64,000 nucleotides of DNA from Eledone cirrhosa (lineage: Eukaryota). Made by a program: the position numbers and the translations under genes. This document shows, piece by piece, positions 25,100 to 37,147 of the stretch. The DNA lies in NCBI GenBank assembly GCA_964016885.1, contig OZ024751.1:1550001-1614000 (forward strand). The letters are read 5' to 3'. Within the stretch, counting starts at the first letter, position 1. The number at the start of each line of letters is the position of its first letter. The notes below the pieces were generated by a model, which saw nothing but the letters and a program-made list of their open reading frames with translations, was not told the origin of the DNA and did no database searches.

Positions 25100-25900
25100 A
25101 GCTGTGGGCTAGCTAAGGGTCGTGTTGGCTAGGTAACCGTTCCTATTGTTGCTACTGTACTGCAGCCTATTGCGCGACCCCTTCCCTTTAAGCTCGGGTG
25201 CACACGCCTTCCTTCCGTTACGTTTATATGTAGCTAAACGCTGGTTAGAGGGTGTAGGTAATAGGCCATCGCTATTGTTAATCTTATAGGTAGGGAATAC
25301 TTCTAGTAGGCTACCGTTACCTGTATCATGACCCTTATCATGCGGTACGTCTTCTACACCACCACACATGTAGTTAACGGTACGGCCGTGTTTCTTAGTG
25401 CGATTCTCTATACTGTAGTTATTGCCTCTGTCATGGCCGCTGCGTAATCGGTTATAGGTATGGCTTACTATAACATTAGTCCTATGAGGGGCGTGGTTTC
25501 TAGAGTTAGCGTTAAGGATGTAGGAGATTCTTCGGTTATATCCGGCATCTACCAAGGCTTTATTGTAGTAGTCAGCCACTTGGTTGAAGATATTCTCGTT
25601 GGTAGAAAGCCTCGAGATCTTATGGGATATGCTATATACTATGGAGTTGAGAGCAGACTTAGGGTGGTTGGATGCATAATTAATATATGATAGAATCTCG
25701 CCGAGCTTGTGGTATGGCTTGTACAGGCCCGTACCCAACTCCAGGGTCACGTCCAGGAAGTTGACTATCTGGTGGTTGAGGTATATAGTTACGGATAGGC
25801 CATATGATTTTTATTTAAACATGTTCCAACAGTATATATTCTCCTTTGTAATCCTTTCATTTGTAACCGCTCTGCTTATATTCTCGCCCGCTAGATATTA
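25100..25900 (-). mobile_element. Penelope-like element fragment (RT C-terminus and linker)
   Basis: VNFLDVTLEL, YKPYHK, ASNHPK, YYNKAL, homologous to ORFs 9626-11053 and 40054-40896. Confidence 0.85.
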
Positions 25901-26113
25901 ACGCTTCTGATATTTAACCCTGTAGGCACAAGTGTTGAGCACAAATGCACCAGCCTTTGGCAATTAACTATATGTATCGCTTATCCCTTTAAACCTCTAC
26001 TCTCTCACGATACTAAAATATTCTAAATTATATATATATTAATTTGAGTAATAAGCACGTATTTCTCTCACCACACGCGGAAGACTAGTTTCTAACTAGA
26101 CACGTTGTCTGGA

Positions 26114-26192
26114 ACACCTGCTGAAGAACTATAGATAATGTGATCATTGTAGCTGATTATCGAAACAATCATACCATGGACTGTACATGTGT
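26114..26192 (+). ncRNA. Degenerate type I hammerhead motif
   Basis: ACACCTG-CTGAAGA..GATAAT..ATTATC-GAAACAATC..GACTG-TA-CATGTGT. One mismatch each in stems I and III, GUA site. Confidence 0.45.
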
Positions 26193-26415
26193 CATAGTTA
26201 TGGAGGCACTCTTTAAATTTTATTAATCTCTTTGATTATGATGTTTTTCTCGTAACTTTCGCAGTTTATGTCTTTCACTCTGGTGGTAAAAATACCCTGT
26301 AATGAAAAAGCATGTTCTTTTCATGTATTCTCTCCTATATATTTTGAAGAGCCCGGAAAAAATGTCCTTTAGCTCATAAGGGAACAACGCGAGTCCTTTA
26401 CTCCGTTGCTTCATT

Positions 26416-26461
<46 letters not shown>

Positions 26462-26468
26462 TATCGAT

Positions 26469-27153
26469 AATCGCATTTCGGCCCACGAAATAACGAAAAA
26501 CAACCTCCGAGATGTGTGGCAAGTGCTCAATGATTCAGATGAACCAGAGCTATAACAAACGTTAAAGGCCAAACACACTGAGACGATGGTTAAACAATCA
26601 TTCGCACAGCCCCCAAAACGATCAAGTAATTCGGGTCAAACAAATAACAAATATCTGTGATGGAAAATTTACCCGGACCCCTGGAAGGTTGGTAAAATCC
26701 ACCATTTGGGTTTCTGCGGCTCCTAAATCAATTACTGTCCGCTTACATAAATAATGTTAGGCTTCTGGTAAGATGATTGAACAAGGAAGCCACTTTCTCA
26801 ACAGGTTTTAGTTCAATGTTAATACAAGGACTGACTATTGCTGACCCCAGGTAGGGATCGGCAAGGGAGCCAACCCCTATACCAGGCGAATGAATTCAGT
26901 TGTGTATGTTATTGCAAGAATGCAAAAACATCACAAATCGAATAGAGTTCTCAACAGAAGGGTTAAAATTAACATAAGCTATTCATCAGTCAATAGAATC
27001 AACTAAAAAGTCAAGACAATTAACTGGTCAATAGCTAGAGTCTGGAGATTAATATAAATATAAATGATCGAGAATCGCATTTCGGACCACGAAATAACGA
27101 AAAACAACCTCCGAGATGGCAAGTGCTCAATGATTCAGATGAACCAGAGCTAT
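26469..27153. repeat. Non-coding unit with ~85-bp direct terminal repeats (period 604 bp)
   Basis: AATCGCATTTCGG..CACGAAATAACGAAAAACAACCTCCGAGATG..GAACCAGAGCTAT at 26469 and 27073. Confidence 0.85.
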
Positions 27154-27790
27154 TGCAATGAAATACCTATGACCGTTGGTAAATCACTGATGAGGGACTC
27201 ATTTTATAACATGTTATCCATGTGCAACCATGCATAATTCTTCTCCCCATTTTTTCACATATATTTACCTGAACTGCGATTCTGTTTTTCTCTCTCTCTC
27301 TCTTACTGCTCCCTCGTTCTCTCTGTTTCTCTTACTTTATTTCGTCCCCTCTGTCATGTCAGTTAACACTTTCTCTCTACTGACCTCTTCCTCACACTTC
27401 CACTCACTCACTCACTGTTTCTCCCATTCTCCCCCCCCCCCCCGTTCGTGACGTTAACGATTCCTTCTTTCTTACATCGGATTCATCTCGAAAGGTCTAT
27501 TTTCTACTCGTTCATATATTCACCCAGCTTATACTGATAGAATAACTATGTAGCTTGTGTCTTTTCCTATCTTCGGTTAGCTTTCCTCTATGTTGTTTAC
27601 TTGTCTCACTCGCTTTACGCGTTTTAATTGTCCTAATAACTTATTTTAGTTATTATTGCGCCAACGTGAGGTATACGATTTTTAATGCAATGAAATACCT
27701 ATGACCGTTGGTAAATCACTGATGAGGGATTCATTTTATAACATGTTATCCATGTGCAACCATGCAGTATTCTTCTCCCCATTTTTTCAT
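27154..27790. repeat. Non-coding unit with ~100-bp direct terminal repeats (period 532 bp); diverged homologue at ~31735-32105
   Basis: GCAATGAAATACCTATGACCGTTGGTAAATCACTGATGAGGGA... at 27155 and 27687. Confidence 0.85.
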
Positions 27791-28299
27791 ATATATATAT
27801 TTATGTAGTGATGTGGTTAGTGGGTCTGGTCACTACTTCTGATCGGATCTTAGAATAGCCCTTAATAGGACTGTTATAACATACGGTAAGGATGAACAGA
27901 CTAAGGAAGAAGTTGAAAGGACGAGCAGGCAAGAGATGTAGTTTCGTTCAGCGATTTATTCCATACATGAAGCAACGATACAGAGGTACAAGGCGTGTGT
28001 GAGTAACATGTGTGGCGGAGGAGAGAATCAACGATACGCTAGCTGACACTGCCAAAGGTCGACTGGCGAAAGCGTTTGGGACCACTCTATTTATACAAAA
28101 ATAATCGTTTGATGTTTAGCCGCTGTGTAGGCGTTTTATTTTGGTGGCCTAAGGGTTGTTTGTTTCACTGGGGCGAGGTAGCTAGGTAGGCAGATAGAGT
28201 TGTTTGTTTCACTAGGAAATGACAGATAGGTAGCTAGATAAGCAGATAGATAGAGTTGTTTATTTCACTGGTAAGGACAGATGTTATTTCCGGTGGCTG

Positions 28300-28380
<81 letters not shown>

Positions 28381-28383
<3 letters not shown>

Positions 28384-29370
28384 GAAGGTAAACAGAAATA
28401 ACAGCACAATCGGTACTGGAAGGAATATATTAGGACGACCCTTGAAATAGCAGGAAGAGGATCTTAACGTTTCGGACGCTAGTCCTTCATCAGAAGAAAG
28501 AATGAGAAATTAGATAGATTAGGTGGGGTGGAATTGGAAAAAAAATGTTTTTAGATAAAAATAACAGGTCTATTCATGTTGCCATCTCTTGCAAAACTGT
28601 TGATTTATTTTTATTAGAAAAGTGGATGATGGAGCGGATCTATCTGAAATGAAAAAAAAAAACGTTTTGTAAAAAGAGCTATACTTATGCACGTGCGTGT
28701 GTGTGTGTACATGTGTGTGTGTTATACGTCCGTACGAAGCTAAAAGGATATGTGTGTGTATATGTAAGTAAAAGTGTGTGTGTGCTTGTGAGTACGAAGC
28801 TATGAGCAAAAGTATGTTAATATAAGTGTGTGTGTTTGTATACATAGCTGTGAAGGGAAAAGAGGAGTGTGCGTATTTTGTTGGTCAGTATTAGCTGTAA
28901 GAGTATATGTTTCTGATCATAAGAGAGCCATATGAATCTAGGGGTGAATGTACAAGCGCGTGTTATAATGGTCGGGATATTAAAGAAATTGGGGAGGGGA
29001 GTTGAGTCCATGAGGGAAATAGGACCCAAGGCGGTAAATCAAACTCTGTTCAGCCCTGGTGCGCGAGGCCTGGACTGAGACATGTAGGGAAGAATGACCA
29101 GGAGAACAGAAATGACGGGTGACGGGAGTATCCAAACCGAATCGTATATCCCTCAACTGTTCAGCAAAACGGTCCGCCATTCGGCGTCCCGTTTGTCCGA
29201 TGTATGAGGACCCGTATAGGGAACACCGGAGGGCATAGACAACGTGGATGGAGGTACAGGTGAAGGAGTGGCGGATACGGAATGACCCGTTGGGGCATGT
29301 GAGAGTGGAGTGATGAGGGTGGAAATGAGAGGACAAGTGTTACAGCGGGGACGAGAATAAGGATCAGGGC
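28381..29370 (-). mobile_element. PLE 3' fragment: GIY-YIG remnant, 3' UTR and pLTR
   Basis: ORF 28980-29336: TCTSIHVVYALRC..YIGQTGRRMADRF..P.GLN. The terminal region matches 23950-24150. Confidence 0.85.
28462..28497 (-). ncRNA. Minimal type I hammerhead, identical to 24036-24071
   Basis: Same 36-nt sequence, downstream of and co-oriented with a GIY-YIG ORF. Confidence 0.75.
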
Positions 29371-29533
29371 CAAATATATATATATGACCAAAAGTTAAAC
29401 AAGGTTAATTAATTAATCAATGAATATAGTTTTATAATAGATTAGAAGCACTCAGCAGTGAACATTTTCTGGAGTTATTAATATTAATTAAAAATATTAA
29501 TAAACATAGACATTTATGTAATCAAATATATTG

Positions 29534-29715
29534 GGGGATTGGCAGTATCAGTAGAAGGTCGGACGCCATGCTTTCCAGCATAGTTACGTCCCTTTACGGT
29601 CTGAGTTCAGATCCCGCCAAGGTTAACTTTGCCTTTCATCCTTACGGGGTAGATAAAGTGAAGTATCAGTAATGCACTGGGTAGTTGCTGGCCTTGTGCC
29701 AAAAGTGGAAACAAT
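29534..29715 (+). mobile_element. tRNA-derived SINE inserted into the left arm of a palindrome
   Basis: Same family as 21760-21950. Confidence 0.85.
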
Positions 29716-29872
29716 TATATATATTTCGGAGGTACTGTTCTGTTTCCTCAGTACGTCCTCATCAGATAAAATATATAAATTGATGTATGACATACCTCAA
29801 GTGTCCAGTCTTGGCAGTCAAGACTGGAATTGAACCATCAGCACAGTTGAGGTATGTCATACATCAATTTAT

Positions 29873-29940
29873 ATATTTTATCTGATGAGGACGTACTGAG
29901 GAAACAGCACAGTACCTCCGAAATATATATAATACAATAT
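29873..29940 (+). ncRNA. Type I hammerhead ribozyme (inverted, SINE-disrupted copy at ~29715-29775)
   Basis: ATATTTTAT-CTGATGA-GGAcGTACTG(11 nt)CAGTACcTCC-GAAATATATA-TA-ATACAATAT. AUA site, predicted cut after 29931. Confidence 0.7.
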
Positions 29941-29980
29941 ATTTGATTACATGAATGTCTATGTTTATTAATATTTTGAA

Positions 29981-30057
<77 letters not shown>

Positions 30058-30131
30058 TAACTAAATGTATTGTGTGGAAAATTGGCTGTATTATTTCATA
30101 TGAGATATATCAAATATATCTCTTCCCAGAC

Positions 30132-30757
<626 letters not shown>

Positions 30758-30770
30758 CATATATATATAT

Positions 30771-31640
30771 GTCCGTCTGGGAAGAGATATATTTGATATA
30801 TCTCATATGAAATAATACAGCCAATTTTCCACACAATACCTTTAGTTAGCACCCGAACGTTTAATTAGGAATATATTCACTTATTTCCTAATGTTTGTTG
30901 AGTGAGTTGGGATTTGGCCGGAGTATCGCTATTAGCTTTCTCCGATAATGTATTTATATATTTACTCTTGGTGCAACGGATATGAACTTCCCGATATAAG
31001 GTTTGACTATCTTTGTTTATTTTTATATATGAATATTGATTGTTTTTTGTATCTCATTCTGTTATTTTGCCCGAGAAAATATCTGTGTGTCATCAAACGA
31101 TGTACGCATATGGATATTTTTTCAAATTCCAATTGAGTTCTAGCACGTGGCTTGAATTCCTTTTAGAATTCATTGTCCTGCGCATGTATTGTTTTTTGGC
31201 GGTAATCTCCTTCCTCATTTTCGAGACAGTATGAGAATTTCTTTAGAACTGCTGGGCTAGCAACCTAGCTGCTACCTCAAGCACTGATGGTGATTATCGC
31301 TAAATATTGATGTTGATTTGATTATCAATATTAATATTATTGGGCACCCACTGAAGAATTATAAGAGCCCACTTGAATAAGTATCTGTTGATCTTATACA
31401 AGCTTCTACATAAATTGGTATAATTTCACCCAACTTGTAGGAATCTTATAATGAAACGAGACGTCCGTCTGGGAAGAGATATATTTGATATATCTTATAT
31501 GAAATGATACAGCCAATTTTCCACACAATACAATTAGTTAGCACCCCAAACGTTTAATTAGGAATATACTCACTTATTTCCTAATGTTTGTTGAGTGAGT
31601 TGGGATTTGGCCGGAGTGTCGCTATTAGCTTTCTCCGATA

Positions 31641-31645
<5 letters not shown>
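30771..31645 (+). mobile_element. Retrozyme-like / non-autonomous PLE unit with ~183-bp direct repeats (period 692 bp) and a hammerhead
   Basis: 30771-30953 matches 31463-31645, bounded by (TA)n. Inverted partial copy at 30056-30135. Confidence 0.75.
31347..31473 (+). ncRNA. Type I hammerhead ribozyme with canonical core and expanded stem II
   Basis: CCCA-CTGAAGA-ATTATAAGA(77 nt)TCTTATAAT-GAAACG(agacgtc)CG-TC-TGGG. GUC site, predicted cut after 31469. Confidence 0.85.
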
Positions 31646-31736
<91 letters not shown>

Positions 31737-32104
31737 CTTCTCACTTCCTTCCGTTTGGCCTGTAGTGGGTTCTCTTCTTGCTCACATCTCACTCACGTCG
31801 GATGGTCTGTATCCCGCTCGCTCATGAAATCCATCCAGTTTAAGCTGACCGGATTCCCATGCTGCTTGTTTTTTTCTATCTTTGCGTTGCTATTATCCTT
31901 CTATGTTTGTTTACCTGTCTCGCTCACTTTACGCGATTTACTTGTCCCAATAGCTTTATTTAGCTATTGCTCGCACCAACCAGAGGTATATGATTTTTAA
32001 AGCGATGAAATACCAATGAAGGTTGGAAAATCACTGACGAAGGACTATTTTTATCATATGTAACCCATGTGCAACCACGCAGTATTCTTTCTTCTCATGT
32101 TTTT

Positions 32105-32158
<54 letters not shown>

Positions 32159-32395
32159 TGTGGTGGTGCTGAGAGTGTTTGAGTTTGTGTTGTTGTTGTT
32201 GTTAGTGGTGGTGGTAGAGATGGTGTTAGTGGTGGTGGTTGATGGTGGTGTTAGTGGTTTTTGTTGGTGGTGGCTTGGTGGCGGTGGAGACGGTGATGGT
32301 GGTGGTGCGGAGGACTGTTAATCGAGACTCTGTATCAGTGGAATATGTACGATTTAGTCTGTTGTCATTCTAGCTCTGTTCACACGTACACGCAC

Positions 32396-32464
<69 letters not shown>

Positions 32465-32639
32465 TACACACATACATATTTCACACATCAGGCACACGCA
32501 CACACTCATTTACTCGTTCACACATTCACACACATAAACACATATCACACACAACACACACATTTACATTCACACCCACACACATTATTTTCTTCATTAT
32601 TATTGTTATTATTGTTTGTCTTTGAACGATACACCACGC

Positions 32640-35225
32640 CTGTTTACGCTCCGTAAGTGTTCTTTGTGTACATCTATTTATATTGTTTTTTTTTTGTTTG
32701 AAAATCTTGTTACATAGGCTTGAGTCTCTGCCCTGAAGTAGGGACTAACCATAATACTTGGACCTTGGACCCAAATATATGAACTTTTGATTTGAAATTG
32801 TGCTATAAATTTTTTTTTTGTAAAACAAAATAGAGGTTACCCCCCTCCCCCCTCCAATTTCTGCCAATGCGGGAAAATTCTCGAAAAAAAACGTGCGTCA
32901 CGAAAGTGATTCGGACGGCGTTGTGAAGAGAAACAACAAAAATGTCACCACCACCACCACCACCGCCAGCACTATCACCATTACAGACATCACCAACAAC
33001 GCTACCGTCGCCAGCAAAAGCAACAGCAGCAGCAGCGGCAACGATAACAAGAACGATGGAACCAACAGGAACAGCAACGACAGCTACAACAACAACAACA
33101 ACAATGACAACAACACAATCACCACCACCAACAACAACAACAACGTGAACAAGGACAACAATACCAACAATAACAACAACAACAACCTGAACAAGGACAT
33201 CACTACTAGCAACAACAACAACGTCGACAACAAGATTACTTATGCAGCCACAGCTGGAAAAGCTCAAACCTATCTGACTAAGAATAAAGAACGTTTCGCC
33301 CAGGAGAAAAAGATTATCACCAAAGAAAAGATGTGGGCCAACTTAAACGTCCTGGCAAAAGAGATGGCAGCAAAGGAGAGGAATGACATCGAGCATATAG
33401 CAAGGGTCAAACAATTCGGGAGCATCACGCTACTCTTTAAAACTGAGGTCCTTGCTATCAAGCATTCAGTGGTTCCCTGCAAGACGGACCAAATGATGAT
33501 GTACCCGTTCTACATGAGGAGGAGGACAGTAACGTTCTGTGTTGTGTTCCCAGTATTCCGCCAGGACTGGACCTATGGTGGCTCCTGTGAGGCGTGGTGG
33601 CAGAGGGTCCTGACACCTTCCTCGATGTCAAATTTGCAAAGAGGGAGATGTGGGCCGGGACTGGTTTGGAGATTCTTCTCCAAATCAGACCCGAAGACAT
33701 TAAAAGTATCCCAGACCACATCAAACCATCGGACGGGTACGAGATCCAAGTGATCATGAAGGGAAAGAGGCCGCACTGTTTCGTTTGAGGTGAAGCTACA
33801 CACCCGCGAGCCTTTTACCCTCAGCTGAAAACTGCAGGGAGCGACAAACCTTCGTTGCCGCCAACAACGGTGCCGAGACAAACAACATCAGAACAGTAGA
33901 AGAGAAAGCACCCCCAGCAACAGCAGCAACAACACCAACATTGACCACCAATACCACCCAGGGAGTCGCCCAAACAAGCTCTCCCTCCTCCTCGTTCAAA
34001 CACACACACAGACCAACACTCACACACCTGTAAGTACACTCTCACTCCCCTCTGACACAGGGCCCCCAGACACCAGTTCCTTCTCATGTCCAAGTGAAGA
34101 TGAGTGGGGAACCCCCAAAACACAAGAAATAAAAACGAAAACGCAAAATAATACATTTTCACACACACCAACAAACACACAAAACATACCCAAAGCAAAC
34201 ACAGACACACTTACAACAACACCAGCACCACAACCGTCAACAAAAATACAACTACCATCAACAACACAGACACAACCGCAAGAAAGTAAACGAAAACTTA
34301 CACAACCACTGACAAAAACGCATTGCTTAGAAAGAGCAAAAAAGACCTAATGGCTCTCGCAACACAAGAATGAGGGAGAGATTTTCGGCATATGCACCTT
34401 CAAGGTGCCCAAACTCTTTTAATAGTGCAGATATCGCTAGAAACTTACAAAACCTTAGGGAGAACTTCCCCCACGACATGGGGACCACAATGATAAATGC
34501 CTCGAGCAGGCTTTTAAAAGGATTCCCAAGGGAACCCAACCAGCCAGAAATGCAGGCCGAACAAACGGACGTCAACAAGTTCCCGGAAGGTAAGCGAACC
34601 TTTCATCGCTTATTTAACCAGTCAGCATAGCTATCTTAAGAGTCAGCTTAAATATTTGTGGCTGGGGGTCGCACTGGAAGCAGGGTCACTTGCTGAATGA
34701 CCTCAGGTCATTAGATATGGTTGTGACTGCTAACAGCGAGACCAGGATTTCCAACATACGTGCACTAGCCACCATTTTTCGACGACTATCAAATCTTCGC
34801 TTCTTTTAGTCGGTCAGGAATGGAAGGTAGGGGTGTGTACTGTTTAGGAAAGGTGTGGATTTAGAGATAATGATGATCTTCCTGGACCCTGACGGTAAGT
34901 TGGTGACCCTGGACGTGAGCAATAGCAAATATGGTGCCTTTCGACTGATGACCGTCTACGCCCCGACGGCCGCATTTCTTTAGACGCCCGAAAGCCTTTC
35001 TGGAAACGTCATGCCCTTTACTGCTAACGGGGGACTAGAACGGCAACTCAGATACACGCTGGGATTGTGTGAGAGGAGCGTAGGGTACAAAATCCCGAAG
35101 TACATGATCAGTCAGTTCCAACTGTCTAACTAGATTTCGCTAATATTTTTATTTTGTTTACTCGATTTTATTGTCTCCTATATATAGGCTATTGTGCCTA
35201 TAAAGAAATCAATATTATTATTATT
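32640..35225 (+). mobile_element. Degenerate L1/Tx1-like LINE: Asn/Thr-rich ORF1 with CCHC remnant, APE endonuclease start, then deletion to a (TTA)n end
   Basis: ORF 32893-33753 plus frameshifted GKRPHCFV*GEATH..SC. APE-like SLNICG, SETRI, MTVYAPT, LTGD*N at 34640-35045. Confidence 0.6.
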
Positions 35226-35236
35226 AACGGTGGTGA

Positions 35237-35822
35237 GGGCGGTGGATTGCCAGTATCGGTAGAGTGTCAGATACCATGCTTTTCAGCATAGAGTTATGGC
35301 CCTTTACGTTCTGAGTTCAACTCCCGCCGTTAGCTTTGCATTTCACCCTTACGGAGTCGATAAAATAAAGTACCAGTGATGAACTGGGGTCGATTTAATC
35401 GACTTTCCTCTCCCCTTCAAATTGTTTCCCTTGTGTTCAAATCTGAAACTATAATTATAATAATAGTTTCTACTTTAGACACAAGGTCAACAATTTCGGA
35501 GAGAGGGGAAAGTCGATTAAATTGACCCCAGTGCTTGACTGCTACTTTATTTTATCGTTCCTTTTGTATTATTATTATTAGACCAGTAATGCACTGGGTA
35601 ATTGCTGGCCTTGTGTCAAAAGTAGAAACAATTATTAGTAGATTGGCAGTATCGGTAGAGGGTCGGACGCCATGCTTTCCAGCATAGTTACGTCCCTTTA
35701 TGATCTGAGTTCAAATCCCGCCGAGGTTGACTTTGCCTTTCATCCTTACAGGGTCGATAAAATAAAGTACCAGTAATGCACTGGGTAATTGCTGGCCTTG
35801 TGCCTAAAGTAGAAACAATTAT
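35237..35822. mobile_element. Cluster of tRNA-derived SINE copies (35237-35455 +, 35460-35565 - partial, 35580-35822 +)
   Basis: Same head and core motifs as 21760-21950. Confidence 0.85.
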
Positions 35823-36346
35823 TAGTAGTAGTGGCAGTTATTGTAATCCATGTTAGTTCAGCATGTGTGTGTGAGTTTTTATGGATTTACAAAGTCTGTA
35901 TATGTTTGTGCGTGTATTTATATAAACGCGTATATATATGTATTTATAGTCTTGGACGCGTATATATATGTATTTATGTAGTCTTTGTACGTCTGCGTGC
36001 ATTCCTATAGTTTCCTGTCTGTATATTTATATAATCGTGTGTGTATGTATTATGGTACGTGTGTAATTAGTCTAGTGTGTGTATCCGCATTGTCTTGTGT
36101 GTGTATGTATGTTTGTGTATGTATGCGCGCGCGCGCGTGTTGTGTGTGTGTGTGTGTGTATGCATGTGTGTGTGTGTGTATTTATTTATATTTACTTTTA
36201 TATTTGTCTGGGAATGTATTTATATTGGCATCTAACAGTATATTATATCTATATATATTTACATTTGCATTGAAGTGTATATTTAATTATATTATTACGG
36301 GCTAAAAATCTTTTTTCTATACGTAAACTTCTATCAAATTATCAAG

Positions 36347-36395
36347 GCAGTTATGCTGACGAGGCACAACAATACTGAAACATATCAGTAACTGC
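36347..36395 (+). ncRNA. Degenerate minimal hammerhead motif
   Basis: GCAGTTAtg-CTGACGA-GG(10 nt)CT-GAAACATATC-agTAACTGC. The distal 7 bp of stem I pair. Stem III has probably decayed from ACATGT. Confidence 0.45.
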
Positions 36396-37147
36396 TTCTT
36401 TCAAATAAAGTTGAAACTCCTCAATCCCAAGCATGTAAATCAAATTCCCTGAAATTAATTCCTTGAAATTATCTCCCCTGTTTTGTGAAAAGTCTCTATC
36501 AATTACGCTCAGGTTGTTTGTTTTCTGTGTTCAACTAAGAGGCAAAGTTTGAATATGTAACAATGCTTTACACACATCACCTCAACCTATGCCTTCTGCT
36601 TACATGGTTGTATATATATGTTTTATAATTGTTTTTGTGTCTAAAATGTGCTAATATTGTCTTGCGAGTATGTGTTTGTGAATCTGTTTATCTGTTACCT
36701 TGTGTGTTTATTTATTACCTTGTCTGTTTTATGTGTGTATATCTATATTGGCTTGTGTATGTGTGTATATTTATGATGCCTTGTGTGTGTGTGTGTATTT
36801 TGGCTTGTGTGTAAGTATGCGCAAGGACTATGTTGCTTTGTGTGTATTCTTGTATATGTATTTTTATTAGCTTGTATGTGTGTGTATATGTTAGCTTGTG
36901 TGTGTGTATGATAGCTTGTGTGTGTATAGTTAGCTTGTATGTGTGTGTGTTAGATTGTGTGTGTATATGTTAGCTTGTGTGTCTATATGTTAGCTTGTGT
37001 GTGTATATGTATCTTGTATATGTATATGTTAGCTTGTATGTGTATAAATATCTCGGCCTGAGTGCACATTTATACGTACTTGTTTGTATGTGTATATTTG
37101 TGTTTATATTCAGTTATGTGCTTTTTACATGTTTGTCTATGAATGTG

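Noticed and set aside
27804-28280. Possible solo LTR
   Set aside because: No clear TG..CA ends or TSD, and no second copy in the window.
32893-33753. Host Asn-rich protein gene
   Set aside because: It is frameshifted and followed by CCHC and APE remnants, which fits a LINE ORF1 better.
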